Below, piece after piece: positions 50,042 through 64,000 of a stretch of 64,000 nt of DNA (its first letter is position 1; the number at the start of each line of letters is the position of its first letter). The position numbers and the translations under genes were made by a program. This DNA is from Octopus vulgaris (Eukaryota): NCBI GenBank assembly GCA_951406725.2, contig OX597816.1:16926001-16990000 (forward strand), in the 5' to 3' direction. Below the pieces are notes generated by a model. That model ran no database searches. It worked only from the letters and a program-made list of their open reading frames with translations, and was not told the origin of the DNA.

Positions 50042-53000
50042 CTCTATCAGTGAGCACTGAACGAATGCAGTGATTAAGTAGGAAGACAAGAAACAGATGA
50101 AGCTCATAAGTCAAGTAACTTAACCAAGCAATTCTCATGCAAGATATGGTCTGATGTTTCGCTGAATTGTTAAAGACAGAACACTTACAAATAATTGAAA
50201 TTAAGTTGGGGTTTCATTCATACATAGATTAATAATTTATATCAAAATATTAAGGCATATCTGTTATTTTAGTTATATGTTTTGCATATACTTTAAAACA
50301 TTTATAATAAATTTTTCAAACATTTTTCTTTGACAAAGCCTAAAAATATATGTAAATGATATCGGAAATTCATAGAGCATATAAGTAGAAATTTATTTAA
50401 TGGAAATTGTTATAAAATGAAAGGAATAAAATTAAAATATGAATATCACAGACAAGAGAAAAAACTAAAATTATGAATGAAATATTGTGGAAAAAATACA
50501 AAGTATTATACATATATTTACATATGTATACAACTAATAATGAATTGGAATTCAATACCAAAGGACTGAGAAATGATGAATATAACAAAATGAAAATATA
50601 GCTAAAATTCTTCTAAAACATCAATTTGAATAAGTAGTATCTAATTTCAGGAATAAAACAGGCAATCAATTTAAATGTTGTCCCTGTTATTGGTAATGGA
50701 TATTACTTTCAAAATATGAGGTATGTTTTTTTTCTATAATGGAACTTGAAATAAGAAATGTATCCATTAAGAATTTTCATTTATATGTCATGGATTTGAA
50801 GTTGTAATAAGAAAATATAGAATATTTAATTGTGATTAATAATGACCTTTATGAAGGCATCCATAATTAGTATTTTTGCAAAGAGAGAATTTATTTGATT
50901 GTACACACTTTGGTTAATAAAAAATGCTATGTGAACAAGGAACATCCTCTACTATCAGGCTGGTGAATCAAACTGAAGTTCAAAGAATCAGGTGACATCT
51001 TGTGTTAGCAACAATTATATGATAGATTTGAAAAAGTAATTAGTAAATATAAGTTTTGAGAGGAAAACGTAACTAGAATTATTATAATTAGAAACTATTG
51101 AGGGATGGAATGTCAGTCAGAAACCACATGGAATGATATTAAGACAGAGACAATGACTAGGAAACTGCATATGGCTGCAGAAGCAAATTTTAGTAAAGAT
51201 CAGTATGTTATATGAGAAGCATGCTTTTGCAGCAGGAGAGTTTCTACTTATTGTTGCCATACTCAGCAAATGACTGTTTCAATAATCCTTCCTGAAATAA
51301 CTCATTTGTGCTTAACATCACAACATAAAACATATTTATTTCCTAAGACAAAGGGTCAACCCTCAAAACATCAGATTCTTCTTTCCCTAAAGCATTAGAA
51401 ATAATATAAGTTCCTAAACTTTTCTGAAATATTTATTATTTCTCTTCATATTCAATGTATGTACTGATGCTTCATGCAATGTACTCAGACAAGTTATTTT
51501 GAAACTGCACCATTTATTTCACTTCTATTCACATTCACTTTAATGTTCAATAGATATCAGGTTTTTTTCTATATATTTTATTATAAAGCGAGACCAATAT
51601 AAACATGATCTTATTTACGATAAATCTGAAGCATAAAAGTTTTTATATTGTCTAATTAGAAAAGTTTGTATACAATATTCAGAAAAATCTGAGGAAAATA
51701 TACTTAAAATGATAAATGTTTTGGTTTCAATGACAATAAAAAGATAAATTTTAATTTTCCAAAATTCTCTATTTTGATTCAATAAATTTTCAGCTGGAGA
51801 CAAGTATTTTGTTCAACTATGATATATGCAGTAGAATCAGCAAAAGAGTTGAAATACAGTTTCTAAACTTCTCATCAACTGAGGACAAAAGTCTAAATAA
51901 CAACAATAACTAAATCTTGCTTCCTGATCTTTTAGCCAAAACTGTTTTTCTTAATATTAAGTACAGGCTCCCCAAGAACACTTTCCTTCCCCCATTCCTG
52001 TTCTCAACACAACCTCCTTCAGTTTAAACAGCTTGATTTAGTTACCTAAGCCAGTTACAGACAAACTGTAGCCAGTAGTACTTTCTGAAAGGCATGCCTA
52101 AATGCAATATTACCTTAAATATATTTTAGTAGTTGGCCTGCCTGATGATATGCCATGTCCCATGTGGTCTGCTTCTCAAAAATTGTTGCCCACACTTAGA
52201 TCTAAACTATGAATGTCTGCGAACAATATACTCCACTGCCCACTTACAGTCTAAATAATAACTATTTAAAATTAGATAAATAAAATATAGAAACAGTATA
52301 CTACAATAAGATGAGGCAGTGGATGTGTACGAAGGAAATAAATTATCACAGGAAGACAGCTGAAATGAAGATGGATTTGAAAGAACTTTGTTAAAATGGA
52401 ACATATGGCACAGAGGAATAGTTAATCTGAACCATAAGATTGCATTTAATCTGTGAGCAAAGGAGCTTATCCAGTTTAATTGTGTGTAATGATGAAAAAT
52501 TAACAGCTAATATTGACTTTTTCCATCATATATCGTTGTTAGTTTGTAAGCAAAGAACAGTAGTTGATGCAAGATATAATCAGAAATGTTTTAGATAACT
52601 TTGTCCAGTACATTATAGTCATGGGTAAAATTATTTAAAAATTCCAAACAGCCAGCAAAGTTAAAAACTTAGTGCATTATTAAGCCAATAGAAAAAATAT
52701 AGTAGTAAATTCTTGGAGAGAAAATTGAAATTGACTATGAGATAAAATTTGTTTATTATTTAATTCTTTCAATATACATATATTTTCTAACAACTAGAAT
52801 ATTCTCTAAATTAAGAGTTGAGTTTGTCTGCTTATATTTGCGAAGAGCTGAAATTTTGTGAATTAAGAATGAAATTCAAGAAAAAAAGAAAAAGTAAATT
52901 TCATTCCATTTAGGATGTCAAAATGAAAATTGTTATATGTATTTATGTATGCTAAAAAATAATCTTATGATAATAAATCAACTAAATTTTGAATATTAGC

Positions 53001-54203
53001 CAAGTGAAAAAAGGGACACAATAATTGAAAATATTCTAAAACTGCTCTCAAAACATTTTAAGCACCACCATAAAATACTTTGCTGCCAATGTTTAAATAT
53101 ACCTCAGTTAATAATCTGTCTGAAAATTCAAATCACACAACTATTTTGAAAGTATACAGATTTAAAGAATAACTTCAGATTTGTTTAAAGTAGGAACACT
53201 TGGATTAAAGCCAATAAGTATTCCACGTTGTCAAATGGTTAATATTGAATACCAAAAAACTAATAAGAAAATGTATAAAGAGTTATTGAAAACATGTGCT
53301 TTTCTTTTTCTCTTGTTTACATGTGAATAAAATGTCAAAAAAAAAATAGTTGTAGTTTATATATAGCTCTATATGGATCTTGAATATCAAAAATTATTTG
53401 CCATAATATTTGATTTCATGTCACATAAACTGTCTTGTTAATGTTGAGAAATACAAAAGTAGGAATGGAATGAGAGTTCTATAAAAACTGCTCCATCCAG
53501 GTTTAATGCCAGGAGCTAGTTATCAATAATAAAAAAAATCCAATGAAGAAAATGGAATTTTTACATTAGATTTGTGGAAAAGGACCATAGTTGATTGACA
53601 TGATCCTAGTATATTACTGGTACCTGATTTATTGTCCTAAAGGTATGTGAACTCAGAAAATGGTAAAATAGAATAACTACAGGCATTTTACTTCCTTCCA
53701 AATCATAATAAACAAATTAAATATATGTCAATGAACAGAAATGATAATAGAAATATTTGTGAATACTTTGCTTTTGTATTTGCTTTACAAGATTATTGAT
53801 GTGAACCCATATTTTGAAACAGACTTGGTAGGGTAATACACATAAAAAGTTATATGTAAAACAATTTAAATACTCTCCTTTAAACTCAATCAGAATAGAA
53901 TTTAAATTCACGTAAGCTCTTAATCTACTCCTACAGAGAACAATATGAAATAATATATAGCAAACAACTAACTACTACAAAGAGATATATGCAACTGATT
54001 AAATTTTCTATTGAAAACCAGTGTGTACAGCTAGTAAAATACATGCAGATATTTTAATAAATCCTGAATGTTCTAAATATATTTTTATTTCTAATAACTT
54101 AGTGAATATAAAAATATATATTTAAAAAATGCAAATTGTTTTCACTTTTTTATAATGAAACTATAAAGATAGCACAGAGTACATTTGATATGAATGCAAA
54201 CAA

Positions 54204-54420
54204 AGGCAGTGACGTGACAGAAAAGTTAGCAAAGCAAGCAAAATGCTTAGTGGTGTTTTGTTCGTATTTATATTCTGAGTTCAAATTCTACCAAGGTCAA
54301 CTTTGCCTTTCATATTTTTGGGGTCGATAAAATAAGTATCAGTTGAGCACTGGGGTCGTTGTAATTGACTTAACTCCTCCACCTGAAATACTAGGCCTGG
54401 TGCTAAAATTTGAAACCAAT
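54204..54420 (+). mobile_element. Decayed SINE family B subfamily
   Basis: gagttcaaattc...ggtcaactttgcctttcat...ggggtcgataaaataagta. Confidence 0.75.
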
Positions 54421-54485
54421 ATGAACTCAAACAAAATTAAAAACCAAAAATCAGCAGAAAAAATATTATGTAATAAAATTCAAAC

Positions 54486-54896
54486 TCTCTCTTTACTCTT
54501 TTACTTGTTTTAGTCATTTGACTGCGGCCATGCTGGAGCACCGCCTTTAGTCGAATCAAATCGACCCCGGGACTTATTCTTTGTAAGCCTAGTACTTATT
54601 CTACCTAGTACTTATTTGTAAGCCTAGTACTTATTCTATTTGCTGAACTGCTAAGTTACAGGGATGTAAACACATCACCATCAGTTGTCAAGCGAGGTTG
54701 GGGGGGGGGGGACAAACACAGACACACAAACACACATATATACATATATACGACAGGCTTCTTTCAGTTTCTGTCTACCAGATCCACTCACAATGCTATA
54801 GTAGAAGACACTTGCCCAAGGTGCCATGCAGTGGGACTGAACCCGGAACCATATGGCTGGTAAGCAAGCCACTTACCACACAACCACTCGTGCGCC
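54486..54896 (-). mobile_element. SINE family A with internal tandem duplication
   Basis: cctagtacttatt repeated three times at 54588-54635. Confidence 0.9.
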
Positions 54897-56752
54897 TATA
54901 TAAACTAAAAAATTTTACTTTAAAAATTTCTAAAATTATGATAAATTATTGAAAAAACTACCCACTATAAAATTATCAAAGAAATACTTATAACTAATCA
55001 TCACAACAGCCACCATCAACAAGATTGATAGCATCCAATCATACATGAAAATAAATTAAGACAAGATAGTACATCACTAACTCTGTTTTCTTTCAATTTC
55101 AAACCATCTACTGTACTTACATTTTCATTACTTGTCAACAGCATTTAAATTCTCTACTTAGATTTTAAACCAAATAATATGAACAATCTTCAAAGAAATG
55201 CATCATTCTATATGAAATTGTTAGCCATACAGGCGCCATCAATCACTAACTTTCATCTGTTCAAATGAAAGAAACTAACATACAATCTTCAGTGATCCAT
55301 TCAGCTAGATTCCATCTCTCCCAAACTACATGCAATCCTGCAGCATTCCATTGCAAAATTTGTTACACTGCCAGTGAATTATTGAGATCTTAGATGCTGT
55401 TTGGATATAGAAATCTAGTCTATTGGCTTACATCTTCATCACCGCAATATTTACATTCAGATTCAGTGAAAATGGTATTGAGTAGAACTACGTTGAAAAT
55501 AAAGGCAGCTGCAGAGCCAAGCCAATACAAGATGATTTTAACATAGATTGAAAGAGAAAAAGATAATGCTTCAAAGAGAAGCTTTCAAAAAAGACAAGAG
55601 AACTTTATATTTTAAACCTATATAGGTACACACTCACAGATACACATATACACACACACATTTATACAAACATATACATGTATATGTACACACACATTCA
55701 TATACACAGGTATATAAACATATATACATACATGAATTTAATGCACATACACATATATAATACACACACATATATGATATACATGCATCACTGTTTTTAC
55801 ACCCACTTTTGCTATGTTTGCTTGAATCAGATTATTTTATTGAAGCAGATTTTCTACAGCAGAATATTTTTTCTGTCACCAACCCTTGCTTTTTTGCCAA
55901 GCTAAGAAATATTTCATCACAGCCAGACATGTTAACACAGAAAATTAGAAATGAAGGATCTTGCTTGTACGACAGCAACAGTCGCTAACAAATATTGGGT
56001 GATGTAAAGACAAGGAGACACAATTTCCCTCGACATACATACATGTAAGCACACACAAACACACACATGCTAGAGAAAAAAAAAGAGAGTGAGTGAGAGA
56101 GAGAGTACAGAGGTTAATGTACAAACTAATAATGATGACTAATTTCATAAAGTCTGAAGAAACATAAACCTTATGCTGACCACCAAGTTATCCAATATAT
56201 ATTCACCACTCTCCTACACAATACATATAACATGTCATTTAAGAGAGAAAACAGAATGTCTTGCCCATGTCTTTTGAAGAATTTGGCGGCACAAAATTGA
56301 AAAACAAGGTCACCAACTCAGATGTTCTTTGGAGAATAGTGAACTTTGTCCAGAATTATTTGGTCAAGTGCATTGCATGAGTAAAAATCACATGCTTACA
56401 AATCTACCATATAGTCAGATCAAATGCTGATCAAGTCCAACAAGCAGTCTCTACATAAGACATAGAGCACATGCATAAAAACAACTGCCATACAGCAAAA
56501 CATCTAAAAAGCACAATGGGAAGAAATAACAACAAATTGATTATCCCAGATGCATGATATGGAGTATAATCAATATCAGCTTGAAGTACAAAAGAAGATG
56601 ACATCATCTTTTTGCAACACCATCTTCATCCTTGGTGGCTAAGAACAGCAATCACACTTGGAATTTCTATCGTTTCCTAAGAAGAATAGAGCCTTCTGCC
56701 AACAATATAGATACTCACACATATATATATTGATTAATAGTACATGGATGCA

Positions 56753-57089
56753 CGTAAAAGCACCATCCGTTCGTGTCCGTTGCCAGCCTCACCTGGCCCC
56801 CGTGCCGGTGGCATGTTGCACCATCCGTTCGTGGCCGTTGCCAACGCTGCCTGGACCCCGTGCTGGTAGCACGTAAAAGCACCATCCGTTCGTGGCCGTT
56901 TGCCAGCTCCGTCTGGCACGTAAAAAGCACCCACTACACTCACGGAGTGGTTGGCGTTAGGAAGGGCATCCTGCCGTAGAAACACTGCCAGATCAGACTG
57001 GGCCTGATGCAGCCTTCTGGCTTCACAGACCCCAGTTGAACCGTCCAACCCATGCTAGCATGGAAAGCGGACGCTAAATGATGATGATG
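56753..57089 (+). mobile_element. RTE tail with 3 modules and 9-bp TSD
   Basis: ATGGATGCA at 56744-56752 and 57090-57098. Confidence 0.9.
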
Positions 57090-57463
57090 ATGGATGCATG
57101 TTATATGGTACTTGTATTCTGTATTATGAATGAAGTAATACCATAAAATGAACATAGTAACTTACTATTATACAATACTTAAAAATGAATGTTATTCCAT
57201 CTCTTCAAGTTTCTCAACAAATAGACCATTTTCAGATGACATCTCAACAAAGAATTTTTCAAATGATGTGGTTTTATCATTAGCATTTAGTAACACAGGG
57301 TGAAGGTTTGTAAACTTCTGGTTGGACTTTATGCTTTTTTAAGTCTAATGGTACATCAAGAAATCAATTTATCAAATGGAAATGGTTCTTTTATTTTGAT
57401 ATAGTTATGTATGTGTGAGTCTGTGTATATATAAACTTCCCTCTCTCTCTTACATATATATAT

Positions 57464-57499
<36 letters not shown>

Positions 57500-60400
57500 G
57501 TGATATAATTATATAATATAAAATCTAGGCATAATCAACTGTCTTTAAATTTCAAGTGGCAGGAATGTGACACTTATAGAACTGTACATGAATAGAGAAT
57601 TCTCTGATGCAAAGTGGTAGTGCAGAATTTCTGGGAAACTGGATTATAAATAACCAGTTTGCCATAAACCTTCCCAATGGTTTTATTGTTTGAGATCAGT
57701 AACTCAACCAGGAGCAATGATTGTTAGCTAGATAGAATTTCTTTTACTGAAGATATTTTGAAGAAATTTTAGGCCTCTTGTTTAAATAATTAGCTGAATT
57801 AGTTAAGATATGGCACATCTCAGCTGTACCCAGTTGACAACACTTTTATTATTTCCAAAATGGTTTACAGTTTTTCAAAATTTCCCAACCTACACTAATC
57901 TCTCTTTTTGCCACATATTTAGGCTTTTATCCTTGTAGAAAAGGAACTGTGGTTTGGGAAATGAGTCATGAAATAACCATCTCTTGGCAAATAATTTTTG
58001 AGGGATTTTTTCTTTTCTGTTTTTTCCACTGCTGATACAGAATCATTGTTTTCTTCTCTTGGAATTAATATACGTCTTTTTCATCAAAACACATCGAAAT
58101 AACAATGAATCACAAAGCTGATATGATATAGCTTTATAAAGACATGTTCAATTAAAGAATTATATATCTATGTGTTACAACAAGACAGGAACAGAAACAG
58201 GTTGATGCAAGGTATGCTAAAAAAACTCATGGGTCAAAGTTGGAGAAGGAACTGGCTATATATGTGTGTGTTTGTCTATTGAATCAAGACCAATACTGGA
58301 CTGTTACTAGATTTATAGACCCTGGAGAAGTGAAGATGCATCAGTTGCTCTACCTCAAACACATGAAATATAATATTGTATAATTCAGTGAGAATAAAAC
58401 ATTATATATTACACCTAATTATAAGCCAACATGGGCAATGTGTCAGAGGCACACCAGTGATGAAGTTCTCATCAGTAATCAAAAACAGGTGAGCAGTCTA
58501 CTTAAAGGAATGTAGATGACCAATATCTTCTTGTTTGCATGCATGCATGAAGGTTATAGGTTCTGTGACTAACAATTATATTGGCCTTGTAAGTGTAGCA
58601 CTTTCTAGCTGTTTTGCCATATATTCATGATTAGGGGTCACTGCACAACATTAGGTACAGTTTAACAGGGCAACATAATAGGGCCTTGCACAACATTAAT
58701 ACATTAATAGGTCCTTGCACAATATTAGGTACAGATTAATAGGGCAACATAAATCGACAGCATACCCAGCTTCAGTAGAATTACTCTAAACTAGAACATT
58801 CACAGAAAGTATGTTGATACTGTGACACAGCCCAGGAATTTTTGAATGGATAGCATGTCCAAGAGGCAAATATGTGCCATTCCCTGACTCTTGCAGAGGA
58901 ATGGGAGCTGATAATCAGAAGTTATTGACATCAGTTGTATCATATGAGTCTCATGGTTTATAACTTAAATGAATTGATGGTAGAAGATACCACTGCCAAC
59001 TGAGGATGGGATGATAGAGTTAGAAAATGTTAATGAAATGAAAATTTGAAGAACCCAGTTTGAGAGAGAACAGAGAAGAAATAGACCCACAGATAGGATT
59101 TATCATTCTGTTTTCCTTTTCTACTTAAAATTGATGCTTTTAACATCTGGTTTCAATTGATGTAGAAAATCTTAGCTATTCATTCATAAACTGTGAGGAA
59201 CTAATAAGAAAATATACAATATCCTCGGTGGAAAAGGGGAAAAAGTATAATAGGTTTTTAATAATAGATGTTCAAATATAAAGCTGTTCCACATATACCC
59301 CCACCCCCACACACAAACACACTCGCATGCACACATTCATACACACATACATACATACATGCACACATTATACATACAGATATATACCCACACTCATACA
59401 TACATTGTATATGTATGCATGTGTATTGTTTGCAAGACTGGATATGAAACCAAAAGAAAAAATATTGCTGCCAAAGAGGGGTTTTTTTTCTCTTTCTTTT
59501 AAGGTGCAATTCTAAATGACAGTTCAGTTTGTCTGAAATACATGTAAAACACTTTTCAAATCCCATTTCTAAGTGTCTTCTCACTTGGTTGATTGCTTTT
59601 TTAAATATTTTTCATCACAAAATCAATGCTGTAGAGGATGCTGCTTTTACAATATTCCTTTATCAACAGTAATTTGTCACAAAGATAACAATATTGCTTG
59701 TACAGGACATCTCACTTCTTTTTTTAACTATATTGCGGAAACTTGTTTTTATAGTAAGAAACATATAATGTTTTTGCTTGAAAGCAATGAAGTAATAGCT
59801 TTTCTTATCTGACATCATTTTCCTTAACACATTATATAGCCTGTATTATATATTTATTATTAGTGATACACAAGCAAAAACTAGTTCTTTTTGGATTATT
59901 TGTTTCTCCTAAATTTCTTATATTCCTTGAAAATGTATTTTGTTGATTTTCCTCAGGTTCTCTTTTGATAACAACCAATGTATACTTGACTAAAATGAGA
60001 TTATTCGAGTGGAATATTGGAAAAATTTGCAAGTGAGAACTAACAAATGTCTCAATGACCAATTTTCTATTTACTCTTTTTATTTCGGAAATCCAATGGA
60101 AATTTCTAGTTTTCCAGCTGTGTCGTTTTCCCTAATATTAGTCACAGGATTTAATTTTATTTTCTTCTTCATTTAGCATCTCCATATAATGAATTGCCCT
60201 TTTCTATTGTATGCAATATCTTTGAGGTGAGAGGTGTTCTGTAAGATTTGGCAATCTCTACAAATTACATTATTTAGTTCTCAATACATTTAGTTCCAAA
60301 AAGATTGCAGCCAATTACTTCCTCAATTAGTTTATTTGTTTGTTTGTTTTTCTTTTTGTGTAAATTGATCAAGACTGTATAACATTGAATGAGCAAGAAT

Positions 60401-60584
60401 TTTCTCTGAGCCCTCCTTATATATAATATCAATTGTTACAGTTAATAATAAAATAGTCTTCTTTAATATGTGATCAATTGAAATATAACTGTTTTAAAGT
60501 ATGAAATACAGTATTTACCTCACTATCATGTATAAAACAACGAACAATTGTAGACCAGAGTGGAAATTGTAGCAAGTCAGATAA

Positions 60585-60781
60585 TCATTATCATCATTGT
60601 TCGACCGTGGTCGAGACAATGGAATTTACTATGTTACGCCAGAGTTCATGGTCCATCATAGCATTACGGAGGTCCTGTTGCTGGATGCCTGTATCCCTGG
60701 AGATTACATAGGGTAGGAGAGTGTTCGCCCTCTGGTATCACAAGCAGATGGCTTCCAGAGGAGAAGAGTAGAAATTACAAA
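60585..60781 (-). mobile_element. RTE-type LINE 3' end (same lineage as 41430-41598) with 8-bp TSD
   Basis: VISTLLLWKPSACDTRGRTLSY...; TCAGATAA at 60577-60584 and 60782-60789. Confidence 0.8.
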
Positions 60782-61441
60782 TCAGATAAAGAGATCTATG
60801 GTATTGAATTTTGAGCCTTACTAAGATTGTTTTTATCAACTGCTGATAGTGTACTGCTATTTGCTTCTTACAATATCTATGGTTGAAAGATATTGTCTCC
60901 CAAGACACAAACACTAGTCTACAGTAGCTTTGGCCTTAGAATTATTTGAAGCGAAAACTAAGAGCTCACAAAACACTTGGCAATTATACAATATTCATGT
61001 TGCTTGCAACAACAGTATCTATTCTACAACTAAGAGGAAGTGAACAAATAAAATTTGTAAGCCCTGAACTTGGAAAAGTACACAAGTCTTTAAAAATAAA
61101 GAAGCACTGAACCATTGGCTTACATCATACTGCCTTGGCCATGACTCAAATTTTATTAAATACGATCATGATGCACATTTTGCACTTAGTCAATATGCAT
61201 TAGTTCTTGTTGCTTAATCCTAGTTCAATCCTGAGTAGACCTATATGCCAGCATGACCATCCTGCCTTGTATTCAAGTAATGTATAAATACTAGTATATT
61301 ATTTAATATGTCATCTCTTTCTAAAGATAATAAGGAGAGATTTAAGTTTCCTAACAGGTCAAGCACCATTCAGTGGTTCCCTCTTTAGCTCAATACACAT
61401 CAGTATTACACAGGGATCAATGATATCATCCCTCTCATTCT

Positions 61442-61684
61442 CCCCAAAAATATCATTTCATTCCTATTTTATATAAATTTGCGTTGAAAAGTTTCATTTC
61501 ATTTTAGAAAATGTATTTTGAAAAAAGAAAAAAAAAAACAAATTGGAAAATATTCAAGTAAAATACATAAATTCCCCAAAACATCATTTCATTTCATTTC
61601 TATTTGCTTTCAAAAGATTCAATTCATTTTTTGAAAATGCATTTTGAAGTGAAAAGGAAAATATTCAAATAAAATACACAAATC
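61442..61684. repeat. Old imperfect tandem duplication (~115-130-bp units)
   Basis: ccccaaaa.atcatttcatt...gaaaatg.attttgaa...ggaaaatattcaa.taaaatac occurs twice. Confidence 0.7.
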
Positions 61685-61966
61685 TTGAAACAAATTTTTA
61701 GTATTTCTTCATGATTAGAATATCACCAATTTTCTGACTCAAACAAAACTATTTCCATTGTGTATTAATGCATAACAATAATTTTCATTGTGAAATATTT
61801 ATTTTCTTTGTATGGTCCATTAACACAAGTTGATCACAATTTTTTTTTTCAAATCCACAAAATTCATAGAATAAAAAGTTAAATTAATACTCTTCCTACC
61901 TTACATTTAATGTAAAATCCATCAGTAAAATACCCAAAGAGCCTCAGTACTATCCCAAATGAGAAA

Positions 61967-61992
61967 ACTTACCTGGAAAATAAAAAAGAAAC
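61967..61992 (-). promoter_or_regulatory. Candidate recursive splice site (3'ss fused to 5'ss)
   Basis: Minus strand tttcttttttattttcCAG|GTAAGT; junction 61973/61972. Confidence 0.5.
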
Positions 61993-62412
61993 ATACATAT
62001 ATGAATATATATTTAAAAAATGACTTATATTACAAAATAGCTTTTACCAACAAGAGAATGTATATGAAACAAACAAATAAGTGATAGCACTGAAATTGCA
62101 GCAAATGAAAATTATTGCCAAGACTCATAAGATTTCAATATTTTGGTAAAGACACATCAGACTGAACAAAATAGATTGGAAACAAAATAGGAATAAAGTG
62201 TTGCAAAGTAGGTTACAAAGACAAAAATATAATTTCTGAATTTACAAACATTATATCACCATTTGTAATAATTTAAATTTAATATGTATTATGCTATATA
62301 TTAGTACCGACATAGTAATAATAATAGTAATTCTTCTTATTGAATGTAAGCAGAAGGTGTGCAGAAATATGTGAAGTGAAGCACAAAATAAAAATAAGAC
62401 TACTGTAAAATG

Positions 62413-62620
62413 ATGGTTTCAAATTTTGGCACAAGGCCAGCAAGTTCAAGGGAGGAGATAAGTTAACTACATCGACCCCAGTGCTCAACAGGTACTTATT
62501 TTATTGACCCAGAAAGGATGAAAGGTAAAGTCAACCTCACTGGAATTTGAACACAGAAATAGATGAAATGTTGTTAAGCATTTTGCTCAGTATGCTGATG
62601 GTTCTATCAACTCACCACCT
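62413..62620 (-). mobile_element. SINE family B subfamily
   Basis: tggtttcaaattttggcacaagg tail and aaaggatgaaagg core; the same tail begins again at 63978. Confidence 0.8.
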
Positions 62621-64000
62621 TACTACTTTAAAACAATAATAATTTTAAAAATCATTATTTGTACTGAGTAGTGTGAGCTTACATGGTTAGTCATGTTGAT
62701 TTCTGTAGTTGTACATTATTGCAAAACAACTCCTCCCTCTTGCAATGACAGTGTGCTCATAAGACATTGTTGTGACAAAAGCAATCTTGATGTACACAAA
62801 AGCATATTTTGTATCTAACCCACCTGAACATATTAAGAATAGATATGCAAATAGTCATATAATAATATATTTGTTGTGCAAGTTTTTTTAATGTGAAGTT
62901 GTGTGTTGAAACAGATATTGTTATATTTCAGAATGGTCATTTTGCCAGTTTAGCCAATAATTATTATTTTTTAATACAGGCACATCATCATCATCATTAT
63001 TTAACATCCCTTTTCTACATTAGCTTGGGCTGGGTATTTAATAGGAACTGGCAAACCAGACGACTATGTAAAGCTCCAGTATCTGCTTTGTCACAATATC
63101 TATGGCTTGATGCCCTTCCAAATGCCAGAGGTACAAGGCCTGAAAATTTGAAATGGAGATTAGTTGATAACATCAACTTCAGAATATAACTAGGAAGACA
63201 TTTGAACTCAGAATGTAAATATATTCCATCAGATATTATCTCTATTTTCTCCAAAACTAACAACTCTGCTGGTCCAAAATATCAATGGAGGTAGAAAAAA
63301 ATATTCAAAAGAGTTTCAATAGTGCCAGTAAATATTATTATCCAATTTATTAACCTTCAACATTTTTATTAATATTTTTTCCACATTGGTCCTGATTTCT
63401 TTTGATGTGAAAAAGAAAACCCTTGATGTTTGTAAAAATAAAGATACTAATAATGATTTCTAACATTCACAATAAAAAATAATTTGAGGTGATATTATTG
63501 TAGATAAATCTGGGCCAAGTAATTTACTGGTAAGTCTTTTTAAAGAGCTCAGAAGGTGTATAAGAGCATCATCATTAAATACTTCAAGGCATCAATCAGT
63601 TGTTCTAATAATAAGGAATAACAGTAGACATTACTTCTAAAAGAAAATGACAAAACAGTTGAAGAATACGTGTGTGCCTTTGTGTATTGAAATTGTGTGA
63701 CTTTTTATGTAAGTAATGGATTGCGAATGTTTGCATTAATACCCAATAAGTCACCTTGTGTAAACACACTAATCGAAGAAAAAGTAAAATACCTCACCAT
63801 ACAGACACCCATGAAAGAAAATATAAAAAGAAACAACACCGATAGAAAGTGAATCATTTAGTTTCAAGGTTAAAAGGGAAGATATATTTTGATTAAATAC
63901 ATTAACAAATACAAAATATGAAGTATGCAAGATTCCACATCACCAGAAACAATTAGGCTGTTATTTACTGAAAATAATGGTTTCAAATTTTGGCACAAGG

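Noticed and set aside
55200-55560. Coding exon in unique sequence
   Set aside because: Donor-like gtatgt present, but no convincing open frame or acceptor.
58645-58752. Short imperfect 35-bp direct repeats
   Set aside because: Ordinary decayed local tandem duplication with no further structure.

Overview
AT-rich, repeat-dense eukaryotic (non-prokaryotic) DNA. The repeat repertoire suggests an octopus/coleoid cephalopod genome (inference): tRNA-derived SINEs with an internal microsatellite, Meta-domain-like SINEs, RTE LINE tails ending in (GAT)n, and Penelope-type ends. There is no intact long ORF; almost all listed ORFs come from SINEs, LINE relics or microsatellites. The window looks like large introns of a minus-strand gene. 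The best exon candidate is 8489-8671, a possible terminal exon starts at 300, and a perfect AG|GTAAGT recursive-splice-like site lies at 61972/61973. Decayed Penelope, RTE (three lineages), CR1-like, Tigger/pogo, Helitron and piggyBac-like elements are present. The most notable signal is a set of minimal type-I hammerhead ribozyme motifs in Penelope-type insertions. One has a G3-C8 swapped catalytic core, present twice in a 136-bp-arm fold-back with an 11-bp TSD, and another is an A6U variant with a 13-bp TSD. All calls were made by eye and coordinates of decayed elements are approximate.
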